Positions 25,183 through 39,787 of a stretch of DNA of 64,000 nt are shown here, in pieces. The notes below the pieces were generated by a model. The model saw nothing but the letters and a program-made list of their open reading frames with translations, did no database searches and had not been told where the DNA came from. Numbering within the stretch: the first letter of the stretch is position 1; every line of letters starts with the position of its first letter. This DNA is from Octopus vulgaris (taxonomy: Eukaryota). Where the stretch lies: contig OX597818.1 in the NCBI GenBank assembly GCA_951406725.2, positions 132,680,001-132,744,000 of the forward strand. The letters run 5' to 3'. The translations under genes were made by a program, and so were the position numbers.

Positions 25183-26519
25183 GCGTTAATACAAAAAAAA
25201 TGATTGGCGCTCCAGTATGGTCTGGATGATAAGGATTCAAATCATTTAAAGAACTAATTAAAATAAAAGTGATCTTGTGTATTTAAAATAAAATATCAAA
25301 AACAAAAAAAAACATGAAATTAATGTTAGTCAATTGGTATGTCTGTCATGATTTTGCGAAGAATCATGCATATTCCGCAGCAGTTTATGGTGAATTTGAT
25401 TTGTGCGCACGCATGTGTGTACCCATGTGTGTGTGTGTGTGTGCGCATGTGTGTGTGCGCGCATGTGTGTGTGTGTGCGTGTGTGTGTGTGTGCATGTGT
25501 GTGTGTATCTGTGCATGATGTGTCCGTGTGTGTGTGCATGTGTGTGTGTGTATCTGTGCATGTGTGTGTGTTTATCTGTGCATGATGTGTCCATGTGTGT
25601 GTGTGTTCATGTGTGTGTGTGTGTGTGTTCATGTGTGTGTGTGTATGTGTGTTTGAGTGTTCATGTATGTGTGTGTCTATGTGAGAATCTAGAGTCATGA
25701 ATTATTTAAAATACTAGAATAGGAAGACAAATTCTAAAGAACTTCTCTGAGAATCATTCTTTAACTTGATTTGATTTTCATTGTTTCTACGGGAGTTTAA
25801 AAATGGAACTGAAATGTTTCTTATTCTTCTTCTTAATCTTATTTTCAATATTTTCTTTTACTCTGTCATTCCTCTTCCCACCTTTTTTTTTTTCTTCTTC
25901 TTCTTTTTCTCCAAAGTAAAGGTAATTTCAGAACAACTCTATTTAGAAATAGCCACTATTGTCTGACGATAAAATTATCTTCTTCAAGTTGTTTTATCTC
26001 AATGGACATATAAAGATATTCATTTTACAGCTCTTTTTTGTTTTTATTTATTCTTAATTTTCTTCTTTATTGCAGTTCTTCTTGTTTCATTTGAATGTTT
26101 TTTTTTTTTATTTAATAATGTTGATAAATTTCATATTGAGTGAGAATTTATTGGAATGGAAAACAACTGTATGAAGTTTGATTCAATAGATTTGCAGGGC
26201 TACCCCCAACACTAGTTGGTCATACACACATTCTGTTGCCTATCATCATATTGTTCAATACTGTACAAAGTCAGTTACTGAGCTAATTAGCTGTGAAGTG
26301 GCCTACTCATCTAAGGAAGTGTTCCTCAAAGGGAGTTCCATGATCAAAATTCTAAGGTCCTGCAAAATAAGGAGATTTTTAGTGAAATATCATTTTTTTT
26401 TCTTGTGACAGAATATGCTAGCTACCACTTTCAAAATATTATGCTATTGTTTATTTTTCATATATACATTTTCTTTATAGACAGAATGTAGATATACTGT
26501 ATAAATAATGTACATATAC

Positions 26520-26938
26520 TCTCTCTCTCTCTTTTACTCTTTTACTTGTTTCAGTCATTTGACTGCGGCCATGCTGGAGCACCGCCTTTAATCGAGCAAC
26601 TCGACCCCAGGACTTATTCTTTTGTAAGCCCAGCACTTATTCTATCGCTCTCTTTTGCCGAACCGCTAAGTGACGGGGACATAAACACACCAGCAATGTT
26701 GGTGTGTCAAGCAATGTTGGGGGGACAAACACAGACACACAAACACACATACATATATATATATATATACATATATACGACAGGCTTCTTTCAGTTTCCG
26801 TCTACCAAATCCACTCACAAGGCATTGGTTGGCTCGGGGCTATAGCAGAAGGCACCTGCCCAAGGTGCCACGCAGTGGGACTGAACCCGGAACCATGTGG
26901 TTGGTTAGCAAGCTACTTACCACACAGCCACTCCTGCG
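26520..26938 (-). mobile_element. SINE family C
   Basis: Same sequence as 23847-24252. Confidence 0.9.
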
Positions 26939-27323
<385 letters not shown>

Positions 27324-27567
27324 GGTAGTGAAATTTCTAAAAATTTGCTACCCTATATTTTGACTAAATCCCTTCCCATCAAAATTGCTGACTTAGTGTC
27401 TAAATAAGAATGGGTTTTTGTGGTGGATTGACAGACTCAATTGTGTGTCACTCAAAATGATTTGCAGTATTTAATTACAGTGGTTTACAAACCCGTCCAA
27501 GGTCAGTTTTACCTTTTCTTCCCACCAAAGTACCAGTCAGATACTTGGGTTGATGGTGATGAATAAT

Positions 27568-27971
27568 CAGTGGAACTATGGTTTAAGCACCTCATATAAC
27601 CCCTCATAACATTTTTATTTTTAGATATTTTTCAGAAATTTTTTGTGAATTTGTGTTCTAGTCATGGAAATTCATACAATTATGTAAAACATTTTTTTGT
27701 GTGTGATCTAAGGGCAATCTAGCTGTTATTTTTAGCACATCTTATGACCACCTGATACATTCCTTGCTTACTCTTTTACTCTTTTACTTGTTTCAGTCAT
27801 TTGACTGTGGCCATGCTGGAGCACCACCTTTAGTCGAGCAAATTGACCCCAGGTCTTATTCTTTGTAAGCCCAGTACTTATTCTATTGGTCTCTTTTGCT
27901 GAACCGCTAAGTAACGGGGACATAAACACACCAGCATCGGTTGTCAAGCAATGCTAGGGGGACAAACACAA

Positions 27972-28032
<61 letters not shown>

Positions 28033-28540
28033 TACGACAGGCTTCTTTCAGTTTCCGTCTACCAGATCTACTCACAAGGCATTGGTCGGCCCGGGGCTAT
28101 AGCAGGAGACACTTGCCCAAGATACCACGCAGTGGGACTGAACCCGGAACCATGTGGTTGGTTAGCAAGCTACTTACCACACAGCCACTCCTGCGCTTCT
28201 TTATCATTCTGACATGTAATGATGTTTTTCAATAGTTTTCTTCTCATAAACATATTTAATAGAATGATGTTGCACCAAAGGGTGGTCCACTGCTGGAATT
28301 TAAGCAAAAGATTCAGACTGTCCATATTTTAGACACTGATTAAAAAAAAAAAATTGGAAAATAGTCGAACTTTTAAGATTAATGGGGGTGGGAAGGAGTT
28401 TAAAAATTTCTAAAATCTTCTTTTCATAATCACATGAATTCCTATGAGTAGAACACAAATTCACAAAACCTTTATGAAAATTCCCAAAAATATAATAGTC
28501 ATGAGGAGTTATATGGGGTGCCTAAACCAGAAGGCCACCA
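27568..28540. mobile_element. non-autonomous DNA transposon with about 120-bp TIRs, superfamily unassigned; carries a family C SINE at 27768-28197
   Basis: Left CAGTGGAACTATGGTTTAAGCACCTCATATAAC versus right (reverse complement) TGGTGGCCTTCTGGTTTAGGCACCCCATATAAC; flanked by AATAAT on both sides (27562-27567, 28541-28546). Confidence 0.7.
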
Positions 28541-28609
28541 AATAATCTCCTTTCCTCAAAACTGACGATGTTGTGTCTTAATTAGAACACATAATTATAA
28601 AGGCTATTA

Positions 28610-28642
<33 letters not shown>

Positions 28643-28679
28643 CATATATATATAATATATGTATGTGTGTGTGTATCTT

Positions 28680-29086
28680 TATGTTCTGGGTTCAAATTCC
28701 ACTGAGGTCAACTTTACTATTTTATCCTTTTGGTGTCCATAAAATAAGTACCTGTTTGGGCACTGGGGTCGATGTAATCAATTTACCACCTTTCCTGAAA
28801 TTGCAGGCCTTGAGCCAAAATTTGAAACCAGTGTTATAACCTTTATTATTACCTTCGTTATTAAGGTGGCAAGCTGGCAGAATTGTTAGCACGCTGGATG
28901 AAATGCTTAGCAGTATTCCACCCATTGCTACATACTGAGTTCAAATTTTGCCACAGTCAACTTTGCCATTCATCCTTTCAGGGTCAACAAATTTTAGTAT
29001 CAGTGAAACACTGGGGTTGTCGTAATTGACATGTCCCCTCCTCACGAAAATTTCAGGCTTTGTGCCTATAGTCAAAAGGATTATTA

Positions 29087-29117
<31 letters not shown>

Positions 29118-29463
29118 GATTATTATTATTATAGCTGTGATAACAGTGCCGGTGGCACATAAGAGAACCATCCGAACATGGCCGTTGCCAGCACCGCTCC
29201 AACTGGCTTCCGTGCCAGTGGCATGTAAAAAGCACCATCCGATCGTGGCCGTTTGCCAGCCACGTCTGACACCTGTGCCGGTGGCACGTAAAAAGCACCC
29301 ACTACACTCATGGAGTAGTTGGCGTTATGAAGGGCATCCAGCCATAGAAACATTGCCAGATCAGACTGGGCCTGGTGCAGCCTTCTGGCTTCCCAGACCC
29401 CAGTTGCACCGTCCAACCCATGCCAGCATGGAAAGCGGACGCTAAACGATGATGATGATGATG

Positions 29464-29497
<34 letters not shown>

Positions 29498-30175
29498 GGT
29501 GGCAAGCTAGCAGAATTGTTAGCATGCTGGTCAAAATGCTTAGCAGTATTTCACGCATCGCTACATTCTGAGTTCAAATTCTGACAAGGGCAACTTGGCC
29601 TTTCATCCTTTCGGGGGTGATAAATGAAATATCGGTGAAACACTGGGGTTGATATATATTTCTTTACTAGCCACAAGGGGCTAAACACAGAGGGGACAAA
29701 CGAGGACAGACAAATGGATTAAGTCGATTACATCAACCCCAGTGTGTAACTGGTAATTAATTTATCGACTCCGAAAGGATGAAACGCAAAGTCGACCTCG
29801 GCGGAATTTGAACCCAGAACGTAACAGTAGACGAAATACGGCTACGCATTTCACCCGACGTGCTAACGATTCTGCCAGCTCGCCTCCACTGGGGTCGATA
29901 TAATCAACTAGTCTCCTCCCCCTCAAATTTCAGGCCTTGTGCCTCTGGAAGAAAGGATTATTATTATCATTATGAAGACAGTGAGCTGGCAGAATTGTTA
30001 GCATACTGGACTCAATGCTTAGCAGTATTTCACCAGTCGCTACATTCTGAGTTCAAATATTCTCAAGGTCAGCATTGCCTGTCATCCTTTCAGGATTGAT
30101 AAATAAAGTATCAGTGATACACTGAGATTGATATAATCAACTGGTTACCTCCCATCAAATTTGAGGCCTTGTGCA
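28680..30175 (+). mobile_element. head-to-tail cluster of B-type SINEs with nested family A (29146-29464) and young B (29660-29886, minus) copies
   Basis: Repeated GGTGGCAAGCT(G/A)GCAGAATTGTTAGC heads follow (ATT)n tails; nested B has TSD CACTGGGGT(T/C)GATATA at 29641 and 29887. Confidence 0.85.
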
Positions 30176-30177
30176 TT

Positions 30178-30419
30178 TACTCTTTTACTAGTTTCAGTCA
30201 TTTGACTGTGGCCATGCTGGAGCACCGCATTTTTTTACTCGACCAAATCGACCCCAGGACTTATTCTTTGTAAGCCTAGCACTTATTCTATCGGGCATCT
30301 TTGCTGAACTGCTAAGTTACGGGGATGTAAACAAACCACCATCTGTTGTCAAGCGATGTTGGGGGGACAAAAACAGACACACAAGCATATACACACATAC
30401 ATACACACACACACACACT

Positions 30420-30477
<58 letters not shown>

Positions 30478-30640
30478 TATATACGACGGGCTTCTTTCAG
30501 TTTCCGTCTACCAAATCCACTCAAAAGGCTTTGGTCGGCCTGAGCCTATAGTAGAAGACACTTGCCCAAGGTGCCACGCAGTGGGACTGAACCCAGAACC
30601 ATGTGGTTCACAAGCAAGCTACTTACCACACAGCTACTCA
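30178..30640 (-). mobile_element. SINE family C
   Basis: Family C head, microsatellite and tail. Confidence 0.9.
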
Positions 30641-31442
30641 AGGATTATTACCTTCATTATAAATAGTTCCAAAAATAGACCAAGCATTTATTTTCTTCAA
30701 GCAGGAAGACAAGGTGTGTTTAAGGTTAACGAAATCATTCAAGGTTAAGAAAACTGTTCAAGGTTAAAAAATGTCATGTAAAAATGCCAAGTTATTACTA
30801 TAATCATTATTACTATTGTTATCATTGTTTTTGTTATTATCGTTATTGTTATTATTATCGCTGTTGTTGTTGTGTAAGAAATCAGTATTTGTATATGTGT
30901 GCAAACAGTTATTTGCATGTGTTGAACATGTGGTGAACTTTAATCCCTTAATGCCAATCATTGAGTGCAATTTCCTTATCCAGGGTCTTATCTATGGCAA
31001 TAACCTTAACAGGCAATGTATCCAAGCATTAAATCTCATTATCTTAATTCCTGCCTCAAAGCATCAAAGATAATTTGAATGCTGCAACAGAAATGCAACA
31101 GGCTCAGCAGTATGCACAACTGCAACAAATTAAATCACTCTGAATAATGATTAATGCATTTCCAGAATGAGAGCTGCAGATGGTTGTGGGCAGAGTAACA
31201 GGCAAACATGCTGAGAAAGGAAGAAGGTGTAGGGTCAGTTGTTCATACCTCTTCCTCTTCCCAGCAGTTCCGCACTATTTACACGGTCAACATGTCTAAT
31301 ACTCAATATCCCTATAGTAATTAAGCATTACATAATGATACTTGTTGCTGTTTAGCCCTGGGCCTACCCTGAATGAGCAGACTTGCAATCTTAGGCATTC
31401 CAGTTTTGACTGTAGCATCTTTTCAAGGGTATATAAGGCTGC

Positions 31443-31822
31443 GTGGAGGCGCAATGGCCCAGTGGTTAGGGCAGCGGACTCGCGGTCGTAGGATCGCGGT
31501 TTCGATTCCCAGACCGGGCATTGTGAATATTTATTGAGCAAAAACAACTAAAGCTTCACAAGGCTCCTGCATGGGGTGGTGGTGAACCCTGCTGTACTCT
31601 TTCACCACAACTTTCTCTCACTCTTTCTTCCTGTTTCTCTTGTACCTGTATTTCAAAGGGCCAGCCTTGTCACTCTGTGTCACACTGAATCTCCCCGAGA
31701 ACTACATTAAGGGTACACGTGTCTGTGGAATGCTCAGCCACTAGCACGTTAATTCCACGAGCAAGCTGTTCCGTTGATCGTATCAGCTGGGACCCTCATC
31801 GTCGTAACCGACGGAGTGCTCC
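31443..31822 (+). mobile_element. SINE family D, full length
   Basis: 13-bp TSD TATATAAGGCTGC at 31430-31442 and 31823-31835; tRNA-like head. Confidence 0.9.
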
Positions 31823-32134
31823 TATATAAGGCTGCATTTCCTTACATAATCTGTCTTTATATAAGATAGCAGGCACTGACTTGAGAAACAAATTTGCCTA
31901 AGTGGGTTCAAGATTAGGTCCAAAATTTTTTGCAAACAAGGTCTTATTTTTCTTTTTATATATTTTTGTTCTTTGTTCTTTGAGAAAAAAACTAACTTCA
32001 AGCTACATTTTACAGATCAACTTTCATGCATTGTTTTCTAAACCTGAGAAAAGTAATTAGGGGTGCAAATTTTTATTTTGCACCCCACCAAAAAATTTTA
32101 GGAGGTGTGCTTGCATCTCCTACACCCCCTTTTA

Positions 32135-32595
32135 CTTATTTCTTTACTGCCTACAAGGGGCTACACACAGAGAGGACAAAGGACAGACAAACGGATTAAG
32201 TCGATTATATTGACCCCAGTGCATATCTGGTACTTATTTAATCGACACCCAAAGGATAAAAGGCAAAGTCGACCTCAGCGGAATTTTAACTCAGAATGTA
32301 GTGGCAGACAAAATACTGCTAAGCATTTCGCCCGGGGTGCTAATGTTTCTTATTTTTTACTGCCCACAAGGGGCTACACACAGGGGGGACAAACAAGGAC
32401 AGACAAACGGATTAAGTCGATTATATAGACCCCAGTGCATAACTAGTACTTATTTAATCGACCCTGAAAGGATGAAAGGCAAAGTCGACCTCGGCGGAAT
32501 TTGAATTCAGAACGTAAGGACAGAATGTAAAAACAGACGAAATAGTGCTAAGTATTTTGCACAGCGTGCTAACGTTTCTGCCAGTTCGCCACCTT
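32135..32595 (-). mobile_element. tandem dimer of SINE family B
   Basis: Two consecutive B copies, about 32135-32350 and 32351-32595. Confidence 0.85.
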
Positions 32596-32976
32596 TCCTG
32601 CACCCCTGTTCCTGTGCCCATAATAGTAGGCTGTGAGTTGAGGAAGATTTGACTGATATTACTAACAGACTGGGCTAATGCATGAAAAGTTCCATCATTG
32701 TCACATAGTGATATAAAATTTCTACTGCAGCATTAGTGCCAGATCAGCTCTGAAACGATTTTCTATGACTCCCAATCATGTAAACCAGTATGACCTATTT
32801 CACAGTTGGGCCGTTGGTAATTAAGCAATAAACACCACTCAAGGGTTTCACTCTGGTATAAGGAGGGGTTGATAGACATCATGACAGGACATAAAAAGCA
32901 AAACCAATTTACAAGAGGAATGAACTCCAAATGGAGACAAACAGAGATTAACAGTTGAGCATAATCGTCAGTAGAC

Positions 32977-33310
32977 CATCATCATCATCATCATCATCAT
33001 CGTTTAACGTCCGTTCTCCATGCTAGCATGGGTTGGACGGTTCGACCGGGGATCTGGGAAGCCAGAAGGCTGCACCAGGCTCCGGTCTTATCTGGCAGTG
33101 TTTCTACAGCTGGATGCCCTTCCTAACGCCAACCACTCCGTGAGTGTAGTGGATGCTTTTTACGTGCCACCTGCACTGGTGCCAGGCAAGGCTGGCATCG
33201 GCCACGGTCGGATTGGTGTATTTTACGTGCCACCTGCATGGAAGCCAGTCGAGGCGGCACTGGCTTCGGCCACGATTCGGATGGTGCTTTTTACGTGCCA
33301 CCGACACGTA
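32977..33310 (-). mobile_element. family A (RTE 3' UTR) copy
   Basis: Near-identical to 206-545. Confidence 0.8.
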
Positions 33311-33414
33311 TATCTGAAAAATAAGCACACTCTAAGGCATTAGAGCAGTGTAATATTTGTTTTAGGAAGTTAAATGCTGTGGCTGGTCACAGAATGGCTA
33401 TTGGGTTTGCTTTA

Positions 33415-33515
33415 CACCTTCCATCATTTGAATCTGATGAGTTACCTATTCTGTTAAGCGGTTTATAGGTGCCAAATCAACGGTCACTCTATGACCAGTC
33501 ATAACATTTAACTTC
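33415..33515 (+). ncRNA. degenerate type I hammerhead-like motif, homologous to 39226-39328
   Basis: TCATTTGAAT CTGATGA GTT ACCTAT...ATAGGT GCCAAA TC AAC GG TC ACTCTATGA; truncated by the SINE C at 33517. Confidence 0.45.
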
Positions 33516-33516
33516 T

Positions 33517-33661
33517 TAGCTTGCTAACCAACCACATGGTTCCGGGTTCAGTCCCACTGCGTGGCATCTTGGGCAAGTGTCTTCTGCTATAGTCTCAGGC
33601 CGACCAATGCCTTGTGAGTGGATTTGGTAGACAGAAACTGAAAGAAGCCTGTAGTATATAT

Positions 33662-33693
<32 letters not shown>

Positions 33694-33921
33694 ATATGTG
33701 TGTTTGTGTGTCTGTGTTTGTCCCCCTAGCATTGCTTGACAACCGATGCTGGTGTGTTTACGTCCCCGTCACTTAGCAGTTCGGCAAAAGAGACTGATAG
33801 AATAAGTACTGGGCTTACAAAGAATGAGTCCCGGGGTCGATTTGCTCAACTAAAGGCGGTGCTCCAGCATAGCCGCAGTCAAATGACTGAAACAAGTAAA
33901 AGAGTAAAAGAGTAAAAGAGA
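33517..33921 (+). mobile_element. SINE family C
   Basis: 5'-truncated head; tail (GTAAAAGA)n. Confidence 0.9.
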
Positions 33922-34099
33922 GTAGAAACTTGCAGTATGAGTGCCCCATTGTACAAGTAATCTGTTGTATAAGCCGAGGTTCATATGAGCACACAAACTG
34001 TCCCATCTTTAAGGTAATTCAGTTAATAAAATCAGTTTACATATTTCTTTTGCATTCTTTTTTTCAATAATTGCCATTTTACTTATAACTACACCTTTT

Positions 34100-34277
34100 C
34101 TGTTTTAAAACCCATAAAAAATTATTTTTGAGTGTTTGGGGGAGGGTGGGGGGGGACTGGAATGGATTAATTATATTTTAGTTAATTTCAATGGGGAAAA
34201 GTGATTTGCAAAACGAGTAAATCATAAGACAAACTTGGTCATGGAACTAATGAGACTAGTACTGTGAAGTATCACTG
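34100..34277. mobile_element. decayed Tigger/pogo-like terminus
   Basis: GGAATGGATTAAT...TTTCAATGGGGAAAA and end GAAGTATCACTG|TA resemble Tigger-type MITE ends (from recall). Confidence 0.35.
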
Positions 34278-34551
34278 TATATATATATATAGGAGCAGGC
34301 ATGGCTGTGTGGTAAAAAGCTTGCAGATAAATATGTACAGAGTGCTAGTTGTGGAGGTGCATATTATTTTAGCACTTTTATTCTTTGCTTCCTAACCACA
34401 TGGTTCCAGGTTCAGTCCCACTGCATGGCACCTTGGACGACAAGTGTCTTCTATTATAGCTGCAGGCTGACCAAAGCTTTTTGAATGGATTTGGTAGATG
34501 GAAACTGAAAGAAGCCTGTCATATATATATACACACACACACCTATATATA

Positions 34552-35844
34552 TAGGGTTATCCCATAAATAATGTGTTTTTTTGAAATTCCATGAACTAAA
34601 AGCCAGAGGAGTACGGGATAAACTACCTGCATCAACTTACTATAAAAGCAGGTAGCAATTTTACCTTGTACTTATTCTTAGTGCAAGTTTTTAAGAGTGC
34701 AGTTCGATTTTAGCTGTTATTTTTTCAAAGCTATAACAGATGTGAGGAATGAGCATATTCGACATATTTTCCTTTTATGGGTTCAATAAAGGCAACAAGG
34801 CAGTGGAAAGTGTGAGGAATATTAATGCAGTTTATGGGGATTGGACAATAAGTGTAAGTCAGTGTCAGAGGTGGTTCCAGAAATTCCAAGTCAGAAACTA
34901 CAGCCTATAAGATAAGCCTCATCCTAGAAGATCTGTAGAGTTCGATGAGGACATCCTGCAAACCCTGATGGAACAAAATCCCTTTGTAACTGTTGAGGAA
35001 CTAGCAGAAAAGCTTGGATTTGATAATTCAATCATTCATCGACACCTGCGTACCATCAGAAAAGTCAACAAAGTGGGTCAATGGGTTCCTCACAAACTTT
35101 CCACGTCTAATCGTATGCAGAGAGTGAATGTGTGCTCTTCTTTGCTGTCACATCTCACAAATGAACCTTTTTTGGACCGAATAGTGACTGGTGACAAGAA
35201 ATGGGTTCTCTATAAAAATGTCAAGTACCAAAGACAGTGGGTAGGGAAAGGAAAAGCACTGGCACCCTAGGCTAAAGAAGGTCTTCACCCATGTAAGGTG
35301 TTGTTGTCTGTTTGATGGGATATGAAAGGTTTAATCCACTTTGAACTTTTAAACCCAAACCAATAACAAAGGAGATCTACTATGAGCAGCTTGAGCAGCT
35401 TAAGTCAGCGCTAGAAGAAAAATGGCCATCATTGTTTTCAAGATGAAATAAGTTCTTCCGCCAGAATAATGCTAGGTTACATACAGTAAGGATGATATTC
35501 CAAAGGCTGGAGCCTTATGATGGAACCTTAATAGGAAACAATGCCCCACCCACCATATTCACCAGACATTTCCCCATCTGATTATCATTTATTCTGCAGT
35601 CTTCAAAATCATTTGGATGGAAAAAATATGAATTCTGTAGATAAGGTCAGAACAGCACTGGGGAGTATTTTTCATCACGGACAAGTGAATTTTGGAAGAG
35701 GGGCTTTGCAAGCCTACCATATAGATTCAAGAGCATTGTAGAAAAGGAAAAAGAGTATATTTCAGATTAAAAAGAATTTTGTTTATCTTAATTTTGAAAA
35801 ATAATAGAAGTGTAAAAAATCGCATTATTTATGGGATGATCCAG
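34552..35844 (+). pseudogene. full-length (about 1.29 kb) mariner (DD34D) with disrupted transposase
   Basis: TIRs GGTTATCCCATAAATAATG and (reverse complement) GGATCATCCCATAAATAATG in TA context; motifs WVPHKL, IVTGDKKWV, NARLH, PPYSPDISPSDYHLF; stops and frameshifts; sits in the microsatellite of a SINE C (34291-34520). Confidence 0.92.
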
Positions 35845-36062
35845 TATGTATGTATGTATGTATGTATGTATGTATGTATGTATGTATGTATGTATGTATG
35901 TATGTGTGTATGTATGTATGTATGTATGTATGTATGTATGTATGTATGCATGCATGCATGCATGTATGTATGTATGCATGCATGCATGTATGTATGCATG
36001 TGTGTATGCATGTATGCATGTATGTATGTATGTATGTATGTATGTATGTATGTATGTATGTA
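35845..36062. repeat. (TATG)n microsatellite
   Basis: Seen directly. Confidence 0.95.
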
Positions 36063-36240
36063 TAAGAGTTTGTAGTAGTGTGCTGGCAATATATTAATAA
36101 TGAGCAAAAAATTATTCAGAAGTTTATGGAGGTATCATATATACATTGCTATAAAAGGCAGGAATACTTCAAAGAAATAATAGGATTCTACTTAGAATAC
36201 TTACCTATGGAGAGTCAATTTTTACCTCAAAGATTTAATA

Positions 36241-36286
<46 letters not shown>

Positions 36287-36771
36287 CATGTATATACATG
36301 TGCGTGTGTGTGTGTGTGTGTGTATGTGTGCATACATGTGTGAGTGTATGGTATTTGCACTCGCATATATACATTCATATTTCATTCATTCATATTTAAG
36401 TTAGCTGTTGCAATGTGTTTTTGTTTTCATTTCTGATATTAGAAATTATTTTCTCAAGTTTTTCTCTCATTCTTATTCATTTAAAAATAATATTTTAACC
36501 CCATCCAATATCATTTCTTGATAAGATAAACAAAATATGAAATGAAAATCTGCTATTATTATTATTACATTTCTCTTCTTTTTTTTTTTCATTTTAACAT
36601 CAGTTTTGAATCTCGCCAGATAATGATGATGATGATGGTGACAACGACAATGATGATCATAATTATTTTAATAATAAAAATAATAATGATAATAACAATA
36701 ACAACAACAACAATAATAATTATTATAATTATAATTAAAATTGTAATAGTAATAGTAATACTACTACTACA

Positions 36772-36809
<38 letters not shown>

Positions 36810-37188
36810 CAATAATAATCATAATAAAGAGAAAATATTTTTTTGAAAAACATGGGAATACTATATAAATTTTTTCTAATTTAATCTTGTTTCTGCCTCC
36901 CCCATCCAAACGATAATAATGAAATGAGAAGTAAATTATAATTCAGTGATGTAAATTAAAGTTAATTTAGGTAACTTTTGTCCTTTCCTCTCCTTCTGTG
37001 ATGTTTTGCTTTTTTATTCTGTTTTATACAGTGTGCCATGCTATTTTTTTTTTTGCGGGAGGAGGGTTGTATTTTTGTTTGTTTTTGACTGTTTTCTTTC
37101 TTTTTTTTTTTGACCTCTAAAATAATTTTTCTTTCATCTATTAATCTTTTGGGAAACAACAACACCAACAAATAAACTTAATAATAAC

Positions 37189-37370
<182 letters not shown>

Positions 37371-37712
37371 AGATGATGATGGTGATGATGATGATAACAG
37401 CAACAACAACAATAATTTTTTTCAAATTTTGCTGTAGTCTGGGGGAAGGGATAAATAAAAAAGAGGAAATCAAACTTTTCCATAACATAAAGAAAATATA
37501 GTGAAAATATTTTGTTTAAATTGAAAAATAAAAATAAAAAAAAGAAAATATCGAATATATAAAATAATTATAACTAAAATGCAAAAAAGTGTAAAATAAA
37601 AATTATAAATAAATATATAAATATTACTAACATAAAAATACACACATACATATACACACACACACAAATGTACACATAGATGCACTCACACACACACACA
37701 TATATATAAAAT

Positions 37713-37790
<78 letters not shown>

Positions 37791-38389
37791 TACATATGCA
37801 CACAAAAAAAATTAATCCATAATTCACTCTCTCAATTGACTTTGTTTTAATATACTTTCTTTAGTCCTTTTTTTCTGCTCTGCATTTTCAGAAAGACAAA
37901 GGTAAAAAAATGGACTTTTCATTTTTACGTTTTTTTCCCAATATTTTGGTAAGGATTGCTCTAATTTTTTTTCTATCTTATATTTCATTTTATTTTTATA
38001 TTAGTACTTCATTTTCATATCTTGTTTCATTGTTGCAATGCTATATAATATCTCTACTAAAATACTAACAACATTCCACAAATTCAATTCTCAAGAGAGG
38101 GTAATGGTGGTGATAGGGTGTTTCGTCTTTTTTCTATTTTGTCTTGAATTATTTATTTCTTTGGTTCTTTGACTATTTGTGGTATTTTTTTTTTACTATT
38201 TCTATTTAAACAATTTGTCCCCATTATTCATCTTCTTCCCCAGCCACTGTCATCAATTTTTTAATAAAATTATAAAAAACAAAAAGGTGGAAGAAAAAAT
38301 GGGTTGCATAGATTGGTTAAGGCATAAGGCAATCAGATCACTGGTACGTTCAAATTTCACTGAAGGTGTACGTTTTGATATATATGTAT

Positions 38390-38461
<72 letters not shown>

Positions 38462-38474
38462 TGTGTGTGTGTGC

Positions 38475-38937
<463 letters not shown>

Positions 38938-38975
38938 CACCACCATCATCATCATTGTCATTATATATATAATAT

Positions 38976-39143
38976 AGGCATAGGAGTGGCTGTGTGGTAA
39001 GTAGCTTGCTTACCAATCACACGGTTCCGGGTTCAGTCCCACTGCATGGAACCTTGAGCAAGTGTCTTCTACTATAGCCTCGGGCCGACCAAAGCCTTTT
39101 GAGTGTCTTTGGTAGTCGGAAACTGAAAGAAGCCCATCGTATA

Positions 39144-39183
<40 letters not shown>

Positions 39184-39605
39184 TCAATTTACAGAAAACA
39201 AAAGACGAAGGCAGGTGAATTAACAACACCTTCCATCATTCGAACCTGATTAGTCACTTATACTATTAAGCATTTTATAGGTGCCATACCAATGGTCACT
39301 CTATGACCACTCGTAATATTTGGCTTCCTGTCCTTGCCTTCGAAATTGCGGAGTAGATGTAACAGGGACAACTGATGAAGGGGAATATTCTTTATGTTGC
39401 ATGTCTCGTTTCTCTGTTTTTTCTTTGTTCGGAAAAAAGTTTCTTTTTCTATGTTTTTGTTTTAATGTGTTCGTTTCTCAATGTGTTCAACGTTTTTTTA
39501 TGTCCTGTGCCCACATATGCATGTATATATACGTATATATGTAGGTATGTACATATATGTATGTATATATGCATATATTTATATATTATTGATATACATA
39601 CATGC

Positions 39606-39637
<32 letters not shown>

Positions 39638-39649
39638 ATACATATATAT

Positions 39650-39720
<71 letters not shown>

Positions 39721-39721
39721 A

Positions 39722-39787
<66 letters not shown>

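Noticed and set aside
31060-31143. Protein-like frame IKDNLNAATEMQQAQQYAQLQQIKSL* in unique sequence rich in TAAT/ATCAAAG/GATA motifs
   Set aside because: Weak acceptor, short and unrecognised; an enhancer-like reading also cannot be supported without conservation data.
31443-31520. tRNA-like sequences here and at other SINE heads
   Set aside because: No proper acceptor stem; each continues into a SINE body with TSDs.
32731-32816. Plus-strand exon candidate (TACTGCAG|...GTTG|GTAATT) with one open frame
   Set aside because: Only 28 codons, weak donor, no recognisable homology.
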